This document shows, piece after piece, positions 39,901 to 50,400 of a stretch of DNA of 64,000 nt. The DNA is from Verrucomicrobiota bacterium. GTDB taxonomy: Bacteria; Verrucomicrobiota; Verrucomicrobiia; Limisphaerales; Palsa-1400. The notes beneath the pieces were generated by a model that saw nothing but the letters and a program-made list of their open reading frames with translations, made no database searches and was not told the origin of the DNA. The DNA lies in NCBI GenBank assembly GCA_049510745.1, contig JBEKYR010000002.1:218924-282923 (forward strand). The letters are read 5' to 3'. A program made the position numbers and the translations under genes. Positions within the stretch are counted from its first letter, which is position 1, and every line of letters begins with the position of its first letter.

Positions 39901-42128
39901 GCTCGTTCTTCATGGCGTCGATGGGCATTCTGAGCCAGCTCGGCAATGTGCCGTTCCGGGCCAACGTGCTGGAGGTGGCCGGGTTCGCGCCGAATCCCGA
40001 TCCGCCGGAGCCGTGCGATTGCGATGAGTATTTTGGCGTGCCGTCCTTTCAAGGGGTGGCGGGCGACCCGGTCACCGGCGGCATGAGCGTGACGCTGGAT
40101 TATGCGAATTATCCCTCGATCGATTTGGGTTTTGGATTCGGCAGCGAGGACGTTTTGGGGCCGGATTTTGGCGACACGTTCACGCCCTCGAGCAGCGCGA
40201 CGCCAATAGCGTTCGAAACCGTCTCCGGCAAGTGCTGCGGCATGCGTTATCCGCCCACCGGCGTGGACAGTCCGGGCCGCGTCGTGTTTCTGTCCTTCCC
40301 GCTGGATGCCATACCGGAAAACGGCCCCACGCCCGACAACGAAACGGCGTTCCTGCTCAACGCGCTGAATTTTCTGGACCCGGGCGGCAACGGGGTCGGA
40401 ACAGTCACGCTCAACCAGGGCGTTTATACGATCCCCGCGCTGGTGACGGTGGAGGTGGGGGATTCAACCCTGGCCGGAACGGGCCAGACGCTGGCGACTT
40501 TCTCTTCCAGTTCGTTCACCAACCGGGTGGGGGTGACGTTGAGCGAGACGGCCCATGCCGGGCTGTTCCGCGGTTCCATCACGCTGGTCGGCGCCGGCAC
40601 AAACGGTCCGGGCCAGTTGCAGACGCGCAGCGGGGACATGGTCAGCGCCAGCTATTTCGACGCCGGGGCGGGCAGCAACGTGACCGCCGCCGCCATCGTG
40701 CAAACCAACCCGCCGGTCATCACGGCGGTGGCCGCCGCGACCAACATCGGCAGCGCGGTGGTGACGTGGAACACCTCGGAGCAGGCGAACTCATTGGTGC
40801 AGTACGGGGAGGGGGTTATACTTGACCATTCCGCCAGCGATCCAACCCTCGTCACCAGCCACTCGGTCACCTTAAGCCCCCTGCTGCCCAGCCAAAGCTA
40901 TTATTTCCGGGTGGCCAGCCGGGACCAGGCGGGCAACAGCGCCACCGATGACAATCACGGCGCGCTCTACAGCTTCGTGACGCCCAAGACGCCGCAACCA
41001 CCGTGGTTCGATAACTTGGAAACGGGCGCGAAAAACTGGTCGGTGGTGGCCGACCCCGATAATGGATCGGATTTCAATTGGACGCTGGGCACGCCCAGCG
41101 ATGGACTCCAATCCAGCGCCTATTCCGGCGTCAACGCCTGGGGCAGCGACCTGGACGGGACCCCCATTCAAAATGGCGTCAGCACTTACCTTTACAGTCC
41201 GGTCATCGACCTGACCGGATTCAGCCAGGCAACGCTCACGTTTTGGGACAGCTTTAATTTTTCGATTCTTGACCCGGATTATTTCGATCTCTACTACTAT
41301 GAACAAGGCCAGATCATGATCAGCACCAATATGGCGGTGGATCCCAACAATTTGCCGATTGTGGTGGACTTCAGCGGGAGCAACGCGCCCGCCTGGGAGG
41401 TGGAAACAGTGGATTTGAGCACGTACGTTGGGCAGCCGATTCAGATCGTTTGGGACTATTTGGGGTTCCCCGGAGGGAACAATTACGGCTGGCTGGTGGA
41501 TGATGTGAGCGTCACGGGCGTGGCCCAGGGGGCCGGCGGCACCATCGTTATTTTCAAGAATCTCGGATCGGGCTCCTTCTCTCTCAGCGGTCCCATCAGC
41601 CAATCCGGCTCCGGCCTTCTCTCCACGATCACCGACGCCCCGCCGGGCCAGTATGTCGTGCAATTCGGCGATGTCGCCTTCTATTTCACCCCGCCGCCGC
41701 AGACCAACACCTTGCTCGGCTCCAATACGCTGACTTTCACCGGCACTTACACGTTCCCGGATGTCAACAGCAACGGCATGTCCGATCTCTACGAGCAGTA
41801 TTACTTCGGGAGCGTTTCGAGCAACCGGACGCGATTCACGGACACGGACGGCGACGGCATGTCGGATTACGCGGAATTCATCGCCGGCACCAACCCGACC
41901 AACGCGGCCTCGAATCTCCGTTTTCTTGACTTCTTCCAAACCAACCACGCCATGACCTTCCAATGGTCGGCGGTCCCGGGCCGGATTTATCAACTGCAGA
42001 CCTCGACCAATCTGCTCGAGTGGACCCCCGTCTCGCTCTGGATGCAAGCCTCCAACAGCCCGATGACCCACACCTGGACAAACTTGAACAAGGCCAGCCG
42101 TTCCTTCCGCATCGAAGTGCGGCCCTGA
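36933..42128 (+). CDS. Large secreted S8 subtilase with FN3-like and TSP3-like modules
   Basis: Triad VADTG / GHGTHCAG / GGTSMS, FSAGN; FN3-like repeats; DTDGDGMSD..E..AGTNP. GTG 36933 gives a signal peptide and follows TTGTCC-17-TACCTT. Confidence 0.9.
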   Translation: MKFRLACVRLRNLLLAAFLSLCQLAHAQEKHLRLRNELITTRAGEKAAASMEGQTTNTTGLFLVQFEGHPLPGQRAELQALGVDLLKYVPDDGFIARFTNASPSQARALGFIRWVGPYRAAHKIHARLTAAVQRTNSPVAVTILLSPRATPAEIAQVRGLLASVAHESHLRQGVIVRGVLPPAALPTLADLSAVLWIEPAPHRKLIDEAASKLVGGDDGQVATPTVTEQLGFGGQGVTVCVADTGLDTGDTNTMHPDVRGRVSGFQFYPPLTDGSDGYGHGTHCAGIVAGNAATGETDPDTGAWYGLGVANQANLFIERIFDENANEVSPAPSDETLARDGVRNGAQIGANSWGNDVQGAYDTDAAQFDELVRDADPVTPGDQPYILEFSAGNAGPDSQTLDSPASGKNVIATGASENVPGLYAEIYGLYADGPDTMADFSSRGPCEDGRIKPDVVAPGTWIASMASSAAPNEAAIAWMVIDNYYVYMGGTSMSGPAAAGGAAAFVQYYKSTHGGAVPSPALVKAALINSAEELDESNGGPGPIPNSDEGWGRVTLTNLIGSQRNYQYVDQTVLLTNGQVYQQHTFVGTSNQPLKITLAYTDVAGFPGAIPALVNDLNLVVVGPDGTVYRGNQFTAGESTPNATASDHLNNVEAVHLAQPLPGNYLIEVVAASVVEDARLDTAAIDQDFALVVSGPLLGANQGAILLDRTNYTAPGTIHLQVLDAGRAASNSVSVLLKSTTEPAGETIVLRPAGGYGAFTNAVTTLVGNAAPDGKLEIHNGDAIEADYVDSGGVTQRATATAVLNPPVISGVNSSVDLGVMDITWVTSEAATSVVYYGTNQQSLNLVASDSTLTTNHAIEFGNLAAGATYYFMVISTDDAGNGATNNNGGAFYHFVAVRTPAVLLVDAYETADGSPVIDDGAYTSALAATGFGFAHWKVLERGAPVLSDLQPYRVVIWRTTDDIINYTGTNNTLTAPQQAMIQTYLNNGGSFFMASMGILSQLGNVPFRANVLEVAGFAPNPDPPEPCDCDEYFGVPSFQGVAGDPVTGGMSVTLDYANYPSIDLGFGFGSEDVLGPDFGDTFTPSSSATPIAFETVSGKCCGMRYPPTGVDSPGRVVFLSFPLDAIPENGPTPDNETAFLLNALNFLDPGGNGVGTVTLNQGVYTIPALVTVEVGDSTLAGTGQTLATFSSSSFTNRVGVTLSETAHAGLFRGSITLVGAGTNGPGQLQTRSGDMVSASYFDAGAGSNVTAAAIVQTNPPVITAVAAATNIGSAVVTWNTSEQANSLVQYGEGVILDHSASDPTLVTSHSVTLSPLLPSQSYYFRVASRDQAGNSATDDNHGALYSFVTPKTPQPPWFDNLETGAKNWSVVADPDNGSDFNWTLGTPSDGLQSSAYSGVNAWGSDLDGTPIQNGVSTYLYSPVIDLTGFSQATLTFWDSFNFSILDPDYFDLYYYEQGQIMISTNMAVDPNNLPIVVDFSGSNAPAWEVETVDLSTYVGQPIQIVWDYLGFPGGNNYGWLVDDVSVTGVAQGAGGTIVIFKNLGSGSFSLSGPISQSGSGLLSTITDAPPGQYVVQFGDVAFYFTPPPQTNTLLGSNTLTFTGTYTFPDVNSNGMSDLYEQYYFGSVSSNRTRFTDTDGDGMSDYAEFIAGTNPTNAASNLRFLDFFQTNHAMTFQWSAVPGRIYQLQTSTNLLEWTPVSLWMQASNSPMTHTWTNLNKASRSFRIEVRP

Positions 42129-42173
42129 GAGAGAAGCTTGACTCCGCCGGGGGTTTTGGGGGAATGATGGGGA

Positions 42174-43724
42174 ATGCTTCACAATTATCGAAAACTCGCG
42201 GCGCTGGGAGCCGCGCTCCTTCTGGCCGGCTGTCACACTGCCGAAAAACAGCATTCACCTCCGGCCGCCCCGGCGGCCCAGGCCCCGTCCGCGATCCGTG
42301 TGCCGCACTTGTTCTCGGACAACATGATCCTGCAGCGAGGCGCGGCCGTTCCGATCTGGGGCTGGGGTCAGGAGGGCGCCACCGTTACGGTGAAGTTCCG
42401 CGGCCAGACGGTCTCGGCGCGCGTCAAAGAGGGCAAATGGATTGCCTGGCTGCACAACCTCAAGGCGGGCGGCCCGGCGACGCTCACGATCAGCGCCGGC
42501 ATTCCGCTGGAGTTCACCAATGTTCTGGTCGGCGACGTCTGGCTGGCCGGCGGGCAATCGAACATGGAATTTCCCCTGAGAAACTCCTTCGAAGCGGCCG
42601 GGGACGTTGCCGCCGCCGCCAATCCGATGATTCGTTTGTTGAGGGTGCCGCACACCCGGCTGGATGAGCCGACCAATGACATCCGCGCCAGTTGGATGGA
42701 GTGCAAGCCGGAGACGGCGGCCAACATTTCGGCGGTGGCGTATTACTTCGCGCGCGATTTGCAGGGGAAGCTGGGCGTGCCCATCGGCATCCTGGAATCC
42801 GATTGGGGCGGAACGACGGCGGAGGCCTGGATGGAGCGCGGTTTTCTAAAGGCGAACCCCGATTACGAAATCGACATCCTCGAAGAGTGGCCTTTGCAGC
42901 AAGAGAAGTATCAGCGAAGCCTGGCGGCCTTTGAAGCGGAGCGGCGCCAGGCCGCGGAGAACAACCCCGCAACCAATAGGACCGCGCCGCGCCGGCCCTG
43001 GAAACCGGCTGAACTCTACAACGGCATGATCGCGCCGCTGGTTCCCTTTGCCATCAAAGGCGTTCTTTGGTACCAGGGCGAAAGCAACGCCGACAGCCCG
43101 GATCGCGCCACGCAGTACCGGAAACTCTTTCCCGATTTGATCCGCGACTGGCGGTCGGTTTGGGGCGAGGGAGATTTTCCCTTTCTGCTCGTGCAACTGG
43201 CCCCTTACATGCAAATCCAGCCGCAGCCGGGCGAAAGCGCCTGGGCGCTGCTGCGCGAAGCGCAATTGCTCGCCACCCAGACTCTCCCCAACGTCGGCAT
43301 GGCGGTCATTACCGATGTGGGCGAGGAACGCGACATCCATCCCAAGAAGAAGAAGCCCGTCGGCCAGCGGCTGGCCCTGGCGGCCCGCGCCATCGCCTAC
43401 CATGAACCGGTCGAATACTTGGGTCCGACGCCCAAGTCCATGCGGCGCGTCGGCGACGAAATTATTTTGACGTTCGACCACGTGGCGGGCGGATTGGAAG
43501 CGCGGGGCGGGGAACCGAAGGGCTTTGCCATCGCGGGAGCGGACGGCAAATTTGTCTGGGGGACGGCGGAGATTCAAGGGCTGGACCGGGTGGCGGTGCG
43601 GAGCGCGGAGGTGCCGCACCCGGTGGCGGTGCGCTACGGCTGGGCCAATTATCCGGTGGTCAATCTCTGCAACAAAGCCGGCCTGCCCGCCTCGCCCTTC
43701 CGCACGGACGATTTTCCCAAGTAG
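42174..43724 (+). CDS. Sialate O-acetylesterase family (SASA) lipoprotein
   Basis: Lipobox LLAGC; FSDNMILQR, GQSNM, WYQGESNA, DIHP, PASPFRTD. Confidence 0.9.
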   Translation: MLHNYRKLAALGAALLLAGCHTAEKQHSPPAAPAAQAPSAIRVPHLFSDNMILQRGAAVPIWGWGQEGATVTVKFRGQTVSARVKEGKWIAWLHNLKAGGPATLTISAGIPLEFTNVLVGDVWLAGGQSNMEFPLRNSFEAAGDVAAAANPMIRLLRVPHTRLDEPTNDIRASWMECKPETAANISAVAYYFARDLQGKLGVPIGILESDWGGTTAEAWMERGFLKANPDYEIDILEEWPLQQEKYQRSLAAFEAERRQAAENNPATNRTAPRRPWKPAELYNGMIAPLVPFAIKGVLWYQGESNADSPDRATQYRKLFPDLIRDWRSVWGEGDFPFLLVQLAPYMQIQPQPGESAWALLREAQLLATQTLPNVGMAVITDVGEERDIHPKKKKPVGQRLALAARAIAYHEPVEYLGPTPKSMRRVGDEIILTFDHVAGGLEARGGEPKGFAIAGADGKFVWGTAEIQGLDRVAVRSAEVPHPVAVRYGWANYPVVNLCNKAGLPASPFRTDDFPK

Positions 43725-45905
43725 TCAGAATTGAATCGACATCTGGCGCGGCGCCGGCTGGTTGGGGAACGAAATCCACAGAAGGCGCTGGCCGGCGTCA
43801 TAACGGAAGGTTTCCAGCGGACGGCCCGCCAGTGTCACCGCGCGGGGCGCCCGGTCGCTTCGCAGGAGCATGATCCCGGCCGTGTCGGCCAGGCCTTCGA
43901 CCAGGAACGAAAGGGCGTCCGGCCCTGCCTGGGCGGGCAGCGCCTTGCAGGCGGCGGCCAGCAGAACGCGCCCGGCCTTTTCCGCCGCCTCGACGTCCAG
44001 CAGGAAGAAGCGGGAGCCGGGGGCGAGGGCGACCTGGTTTTGGGCGCGCAATTCGGAGTCAAATAGATTTACAAACCGGCCCCGCAGCGAGTTCGTTGCG
44101 CCGCCGGTCGATTCGTCCAGTCCGGCGGCGATGACATAAGGTCCGCGGCGCAGGACGAGGTAATTGGTTTCGCGCCACTCGAGATGCGGGAAGGGCGCGG
44201 CGGCCGAGCGCTCCGCCGCCTCCCGCACGAGGCCGAGGAGTTGGTTGGCGGCGTCCGGGCTGGCGGCGATGTCCGCCGGGTTGCGGTGCATCCACAGGAC
44301 CTGGCCGCGGCCGGCGCGCAGCGGTTGGGGGTCGTCCCTGGCCAGCCGGAGTTGTTCGAAGAGATGCTGGCGCGGGGTGGCGTAGTGAGGGCCGTTGGTG
44401 TTCCACCATTCCCGCACGGCGTTGAAGGGGTCGCGGTCGTCGTCGCACACCACCAGCACGCCGCCGCGTTTGACCCAGTCGGCCAGGGGCTTGTGGACGC
44501 CGGGGGAGAGCGGTTTCATCCCGCGATAGGTCAATAATAAACATCGAAAACCGTCCAGGTAGCCGGGAATCCCGAAGTCCTCCAATTGCGCCGGCTGGAC
44601 CGGCATGCCGCGCTTGAGAAACGGCAGCGCCAGCCCGTAGATGTGGCCCAGTCCGGGGTCGCTGGGGGCGGGGTCGCCGCGCTCGAACATCAGCGAATCG
44701 CTCACCACCACCCCGATGCCGGCGGTGCCGCAGTCCCACGCGACCTCCTTTTGGTCCAGGTCGTTGAGCGCGTTGATGACGGTTTGAAACGCGGTGGCGT
44801 AGGCGGGCGGCATCGGCTGGCGGCGCTCCGCCGGGGCGCTCCGCGGGTAACGCTGCCCAAAAACGCGCTCGGGCCACGGCGCCACCTCGAAGCGCCAGAC
44901 TTCCGGTTGGAAGAGCGACGCCGTCAGGGTGCATTCCCAATTGCGCCGGTAGTCCGTCCAGTCGTGGTCGGGATTGTCCTCGATGGGATCGTTGAGAAAC
45001 CAGACCCGGCGGTCGGTGGCGCGGGCCAGGTTTTGCATGGCGCCGAATTCGAGAAAGGCGGTTTCAAAAGTGCGCTCGCGCTGCTGGCCGCGAAAGACGT
45101 TGGGAGTGCGCGCCGTGCCGGTCCACACTTGCGCGATATAGCCGTCGCAGCCGTCGAGCCGCGCCAGGCTGGATTCCGGGCTGACGATCCCCCAGGTGGC
45201 ATAGTTCAAGAGGCTGTGGGTCGGGACGTAACAGCGGACATGGCGGCCGGTTTGCCGGTTGAACTCCTGCACGCTGTCGAACACTTGCTGCAACGTCCGG
45301 CGGTAAAGAAAGTACTTGAGATGGGAGGCGCGCCACTGCGCGTCCAAGGACGAATGGGGCGGCTGCCAGGGTTCGCCGTAGAAGTGCAGCCACTCCCGCT
45401 TGAACCCCGCCGAGTAGCCGTCCTGCACCCAGAACTCCGGCTCCTCCAGGTGGACGGCTTCCACGCCCGCTTCCAACGCCCGCCGCACTCCCGCGCAGAG
45501 ATAGTTGCCGTAGTTCGTGCCGGGGCAGATGTAAAAGACGCCGTTGCCGTGCTCGTGCGCATGGCCATTGCGGTCGGTCTGTTCCTCGTCTTCATGATTG
45601 TGGCCGTCGAACTTGCCCAGGAGGTAATCCGAGTAATCGCCCCAGGCGACGCCCGTCATGAGGTGGACGCGGTAGCCGTGATCGCGCCAGGATTGGATTC
45701 GTTGGGCCAGGGTGGAATTGAACCCGTAAACGATCGCCACGTCGGAGCGCAAATTGCAGTCGCCTCGCCAGGCCGCGTGAGTTTGAAAACACGTCCGCTC
45801 CAGGCTTTGTTGAGGGTCCGCGATAAACGCCGGCGGCGGGTCCGCGGCCCAAAGCGGCCCGGCGGCCAGCAGAAAAGCGGGACAGATTGCGAGGAGGGGG
45901 CGCAT
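43725..45905 (-). CDS. Secreted hypothetical protein, glycoside-hydrolase-like
   Basis: Signal peptide from ATG 45905; HLEEPEFW and aromatic-rich N-half; family not identified. Confidence 0.65.
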   Translation of the reverse strand: MRPLLAICPAFLLAAGPLWAADPPPAFIADPQQSLERTCFQTHAAWRGDCNLRSDVAIVYGFNSTLAQRIQSWRDHGYRVHLMTGVAWGDYSDYLLGKFDGHNHEDEEQTDRNGHAHEHGNGVFYICPGTNYGNYLCAGVRRALEAGVEAVHLEEPEFWVQDGYSAGFKREWLHFYGEPWQPPHSSLDAQWRASHLKYFLYRRTLQQVFDSVQEFNRQTGRHVRCYVPTHSLLNYATWGIVSPESSLARLDGCDGYIAQVWTGTARTPNVFRGQQRERTFETAFLEFGAMQNLARATDRRVWFLNDPIEDNPDHDWTDYRRNWECTLTASLFQPEVWRFEVAPWPERVFGQRYPRSAPAERRQPMPPAYATAFQTVINALNDLDQKEVAWDCGTAGIGVVVSDSLMFERGDPAPSDPGLGHIYGLALPFLKRGMPVQPAQLEDFGIPGYLDGFRCLLLTYRGMKPLSPGVHKPLADWVKRGGVLVVCDDDRDPFNAVREWWNTNGPHYATPRQHLFEQLRLARDDPQPLRAGRGQVLWMHRNPADIAASPDAANQLLGLVREAAERSAAAPFPHLEWRETNYLVLRRGPYVIAAGLDESTGGATNSLRGRFVNLFDSELRAQNQVALAPGSRFFLLDVEAAEKAGRVLLAAACKALPAQAGPDALSFLVEGLADTAGIMLLRSDRAPRAVTLAGRPLETFRYDAGQRLLWISFPNQPAPRQMSIQF

Positions 45906-45916
45906 GAGAATCAGCG

Positions 45917-46774
45917 TCAGCGGGCAGGTTCCGATTCGGTGTGGATTTGTTTGACAGCGTGTGTTTGCAGAAATTCCCTGACGGCCCGAAGGATGATCGG
46001 GCGGCTCGGCCAAGGTCCGTCGTTGTGCCTGCCGCTAAGCTCGCACAGGAATTTTGGATCATGGGCGGCGGCGAAGTTTTTCTCGGCGTGGGCAAAAGGA
46101 ATCAGATCATCCTGCGGGCTGTGGAGAATGAGAATCGGAATGGTCAGGCGCGGCAGTTTGCGCCGGGTGTCGTAACGGATTCTGCCTATCAGCCGCACGG
46201 GGAGCCACGGAAAAAGTTCCGCGCCCAGATCGGGAACGCTGGTGAAGGTGCTTTGCAGGATGAGGCCGCCCAACGGCTCGCGCAGCGCCAGTTCGCTCGC
46301 CACGCCGCCCCCGAGCGATTCGCCATAGGCGAGGATGTTCGTTCCGGCCAGGCCTTTTTCCCGCAGCCAATGATAGGCCGCCTGCGCGTCGCGATAGGTG
46401 CCCTCCTCGTCCGGCTTGCCGTCGCTGCGCCCGTAACCGCGGTAGTCGAAAAGCAAAACGCCGGCGCCGGCCTCCAGCAACACCGCGCACAGGTCCAGCC
46501 GATGGCTGATGTTCCCGGCATTGCCGTGGCAGACCAGGAGCACCGGCGCGCCCTTGGTTGCCGCCGGAAAATACCAGGCGGCGATGCGCTCGTCCCCCGC
46601 GACGAGAATGAAGACATCCTCGCAGGGCCGGCCCAATTCGCCTGGCGCCGCGTCCAGTTGGCGCGAGGGCTGATAAACCATGTTCTGTTCGAATCGTCGC
46701 AACATCAAAAAAATCGCCAGGACGCACAGGCCCAGGATGGCCAACCCCAGCCAAGTGCGTCTGGCTTTCATCAT
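45917..46774 (-). CDS. Alpha/beta hydrolase
   Basis: HGNAGN, DYRGYG.S.G, GESLGG, D..IP, H. Confidence 0.9.
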   Translation of the reverse strand: MMKARRTWLGLAILGLCVLAIFLMLRRFEQNMVYQPSRQLDAAPGELGRPCEDVFILVAGDERIAAWYFPAATKGAPVLLVCHGNAGNISHRLDLCAVLLEAGAGVLLFDYRGYGRSDGKPDEEGTYRDAQAAYHWLREKGLAGTNILAYGESLGGGVASELALREPLGGLILQSTFTSVPDLGAELFPWLPVRLIGRIRYDTRRKLPRLTIPILILHSPQDDLIPFAHAEKNFAAAHDPKFLCELSGRHNDGPWPSRPIILRAVREFLQTHAVKQIHTESEPAR

Positions 46775-47406
46775 TCCGCCGTCAGGAGCAGGTCGTCAAA
46801 GCGAATGGGCGTGCCCGAATAGGGGCTGCCCCACAACGAGGCCCGGCCGGGGTGGGGCGGCGTTTTTTCGTCCACCGCAATCATCCATTCCTTCGGTTCG
46901 GAGCCGGTTTGCGGCCAGGCCTTGCCTTCGATCTTCCACCCTTGCTCGCCCGCCGCCCGGACGCGGAGGCGGAACATCGTCCAGGCGCCGGTCTTCCAAT
47001 CATACGGCACGCTCGCCAGGGTGTCGTCGCCCTTGTCGAGTTCCAGCGCGTTTTTGGCGGGCGATACCTTCAACTTATATCCGCTCGGCCCGTTGAGGCC
47101 CACGCCGAAGCTGGGAAAACGGCGGCCTTTGGCCGTGCCCTGGATGCGCGCGCTCACGCACGTGCCCGCGTTGGTGGCCGGGCCGAACAAGAGGCCAAAA
47201 TTGTCCAGCGGCGCGCCCGGCAATTCCAGGTACTTGTTGCCCTCGCTTTCCTTGACGGTGAAGGCGCCGTCCAGCACCAGGAACTCCGCCGGCGCCTGGT
47301 CCAGCGCGGCCTTCTCGAAATTGTTTTCGTAAAGCGTCGTTTCCGCCGGGGCCGCCCCGGCGCACAACGTCAACACTAAAAAAAGAAAACCGGTTTTTTT
47401 CATCAT
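46771..47406 (-). CDS. Secreted beta-sandwich hypothetical protein
   Basis: Signal peptide; GKAWP...EP.EW, IRFDDL; lies between the permease and hydrolase genes. Confidence 0.7.
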   Translation of the reverse strand: MMKKTGFLFLVLTLCAGAAPAETTLYENNFEKAALDQAPAEFLVLDGAFTVKESEGNKYLELPGAPLDNFGLLFGPATNAGTCVSARIQGTAKGRRFPSFGVGLNGPSGYKLKVSPAKNALELDKGDDTLASVPYDWKTGAWTMFRLRVRAAGEQGWKIEGKAWPQTGSEPKEWMIAVDEKTPPHPGRASLWGSPYSGTPIRFDDLLLTAE

Positions 47407-47419
47407 GGCTCCATCGGCT

Positions 47420-50400
47420 CTATTCGTTTCGCAGCGCGGGCAACAATTCCCCGCGCAACGCCAGCCGCGCCGCCGCCCAGGTCCAGAACACGCCGCTGAG
47501 AAAGACCAGTCCGAGCGTCGCCGCCAGCGAAGCGCAGGATATTTGCGCGCCCGGCGAAAGCAAGGCGGGGAGCACGGCCAGGAACGCCGCCCCCAAACCC
47601 AGCGCCAGGCCCAGGCACTCCAGCGCCGCGTGCTCGCTCACCACCAGCCAGCGCAAGGCGCGGGGCCGAAACCCCACCGCCGCCAGCAGCGCCAATTCGC
47701 CGCGCCGCTCCAACACGTTGCGCAGCACCACCACGCCCAATCCCGCGCTTCCCAGCAGCAGACCCAGCCCGCCCACCACCTGAAAGATGGTGAGATAAGT
47801 GTTTTGCACCGCGTTGAACGCGTTGAGCCGCTCCGCCGCCGCCGTCAATTCCAGCCCCCGGTCCCGCAACGCCCGGCTCAACGCCGCCGCCACGGCCGCC
47901 TCCTCCTTCGGCGGGGCGTCAATCAGAAACATTCGATAGCCCGTCTCGCCGGGAAAATGCCGCGTGAACGCCGTCTCCGAGATGAGCAGGCTGCCTTGCA
48001 AAATGGAATTCGCCACCGCCCCCGCCAGTCGCACCCGGACTGGTTGTCCGTGCTCATCCGTGTAAGTCACCGTGTCCCCGATTTTTTTGTGCAGCGCCCA
48101 GGTGATCGTCGCTTGATCGGCGATGGCGGGAATTTCGTTGCCGGACTTTTCCAGCATCAGCCACGGTTGGGCGGCGTCGGACGGATCGGCCAAGGCGGTG
48201 AAGGTGAAGGCATTGCGGGATTGCAACTGCTCCGGCTTGACTCCGAGCAGGCGCGGCGTTTGCGCGCGATTCAGGTTCAAACAACTGGCGTCATCTCCGT
48301 CTCGCACCCGCAACGGCATGACCGAAACCCCGCGCAGGCTCTTTTCATCCAGCCCGAAAAACTCGCGGCCCGCCGTTGTGTCCAGGTCCTGCACGATGGG
48401 CAAAGACGATTCGCCAACAAACGCAAAACCGCCCGTGCCCGAGGAACGCTGCCCGCTGTCGCGCGTGGCGTCGAGTTTGTTGGCCTCGACGGCCACGATC
48501 AAAAAGCTGGCGCTGGCCAGCAAGGCGACGATGGCCACGCTCCGGCGGGGTTGGCGCGAGCAGCCGCGCACGCCCAGGCTGGTCAAGGTGAGCGGACGCG
48601 CCGCCACCCGCGCCGCCAGCTTGCGCAACCAGAGCGCGGCCCCGGCGATGCCGGAGATCAGAAAAAGAGCGCCGCCGAAAAAAAAGGCCTCGACATCCGC
48701 GTGGTCCCGTTTGGCCAGGGCGCTGGCGATCATAGCCAGCGCGCCGAGACCGCTGCCCAGCGCGATCCAGCCCGCCCAGCGCCGCCGCGGGATTTCCGTT
48801 GGGATTTCCCGCTCCAACTCAGCGCCTTGTTCGAGCAATTCGCGGGCGGGACGCTTCACTTGGGCGCGCAGCGCAAACCAGATCACCAGCATGCTGATCA
48901 GAAACCCGGCGGCGCCGCCCAGGATCAGGGTTTGGGCGGTGACATGAAATTGCAGCGGCGATTCCGCCACCGCCGCGCGCCACATCGTGACCAAACCATA
49001 CAAAGTCGCTCTGGCGTACAAAACCCCGCCCGCCACGCCCAGCAACCCGCCGGCCAAAGCGATGGCCGCCCCTTCCAGGAGAAGCAAACGGCGGACCTGC
49101 GCCGGCGGCCACCCCAGCGCCAGCAGAATCCCCACTTCCGTGGCGCGCTTTTCCAATCCGAAATGAAACAACAACGCCAGCAGAATCAGGGCCGCCGCGA
49201 TCAGGAAAAAACTGAATCCCAAAAACAGTCCGCCGAAATCTTCCGATTGCGAACTGCCGGCCAGCGCCTGTTCGCGCACCGGCGCAAACATCAGTCCAAT
49301 CGACGCCGGGTCCAGCTTCGCCAGCAGGGCGCGTTTGATGGCCTCGCGCGAGCCGGACGCAAAGCGGATGCCGGTCAGATCGCCAAAGCGATTGCCCCAC
49401 ATCCGCCGCCCCGCCGCCAGCGTCACGAACGCCTTGGGCGTCCCGCGATACTGCTTCCAGTACTGTTCGTCCTTGGGCCGGATTTTTTGCATGTCGATGG
49501 CAAAGCCAGCGTCCCAATTCTCCGTCTTCTCCGCCTTGGCGATGCCGGGAAAATCCGGCATCAACGTGCGGTCAGCCGTCGGCCCTTCCATCGGAACCAC
49601 CGCGCGCACGCGAAAATGGTCCTGCTTCTCTTCCAGCCGGTGCGCCACGCCCGCCACGAAATAAGTCAGGCGCACATCGTCGCCCGCTTTGGCCTGCAAA
49701 TCATCCGCCAGCCATTGATTGAGGATGATTTCGTAGTCGGGCATCTCCGCGGGAACCAGCGGCGCGCTCGCGGCCGTGACCATTGAGTACGGTGTCGTCC
49801 TCTCCCCGTCCCGCAGTTCGTTGACGAAATAGGTCAAGACTAATTCAGGCATCCACCCGGCGGCCGCGCGAGTAACGGCCGGGTCGAGAAACACTCGCCC
49901 GGTGCGCAACTCCAATCCGCCCGGCACTTCTCGCAATTCCAGGTCGGCATCGGCCAAGGTCCAATGCTGCTTCAGGTCGGGCGCGGGGCCTGCTGTCAAG
50001 AGGAGGTTCGCCCGCCCCGGCAGATCGACTTTCTCCTGCAAGAACGACAGCCGCACGAAAGCGTTCAGGGGCGGCGCCGGGCCGGCCTGCAATCCAAACC
50101 GCCCTAACTCCGCGTCCCCGGCGATGCCGCTGACCGTGAGGCGCAAGCCCGCCGAGACATCCTCCCGCGGCGAAATCGGCGCTTCCAGCGAGAGCAGCGA
50201 CGGCTTTTGGATGCGGAGTACGACGGCGTCCCCGATTTTAACGCGCAATTGCCGGGCCAACGCCGCGTTGAGGACGACGGAATCGGCTGGAATTTCGCCG
50301 AAAGGGGGCGGCCTCTGCGCCAAGGCCCAAAAATGCTCGTCCACGCCAAGGATTTGGACGCGATTGGCCCGCGCGGAGTCGTCCGGCGTGGTGGCGGTGC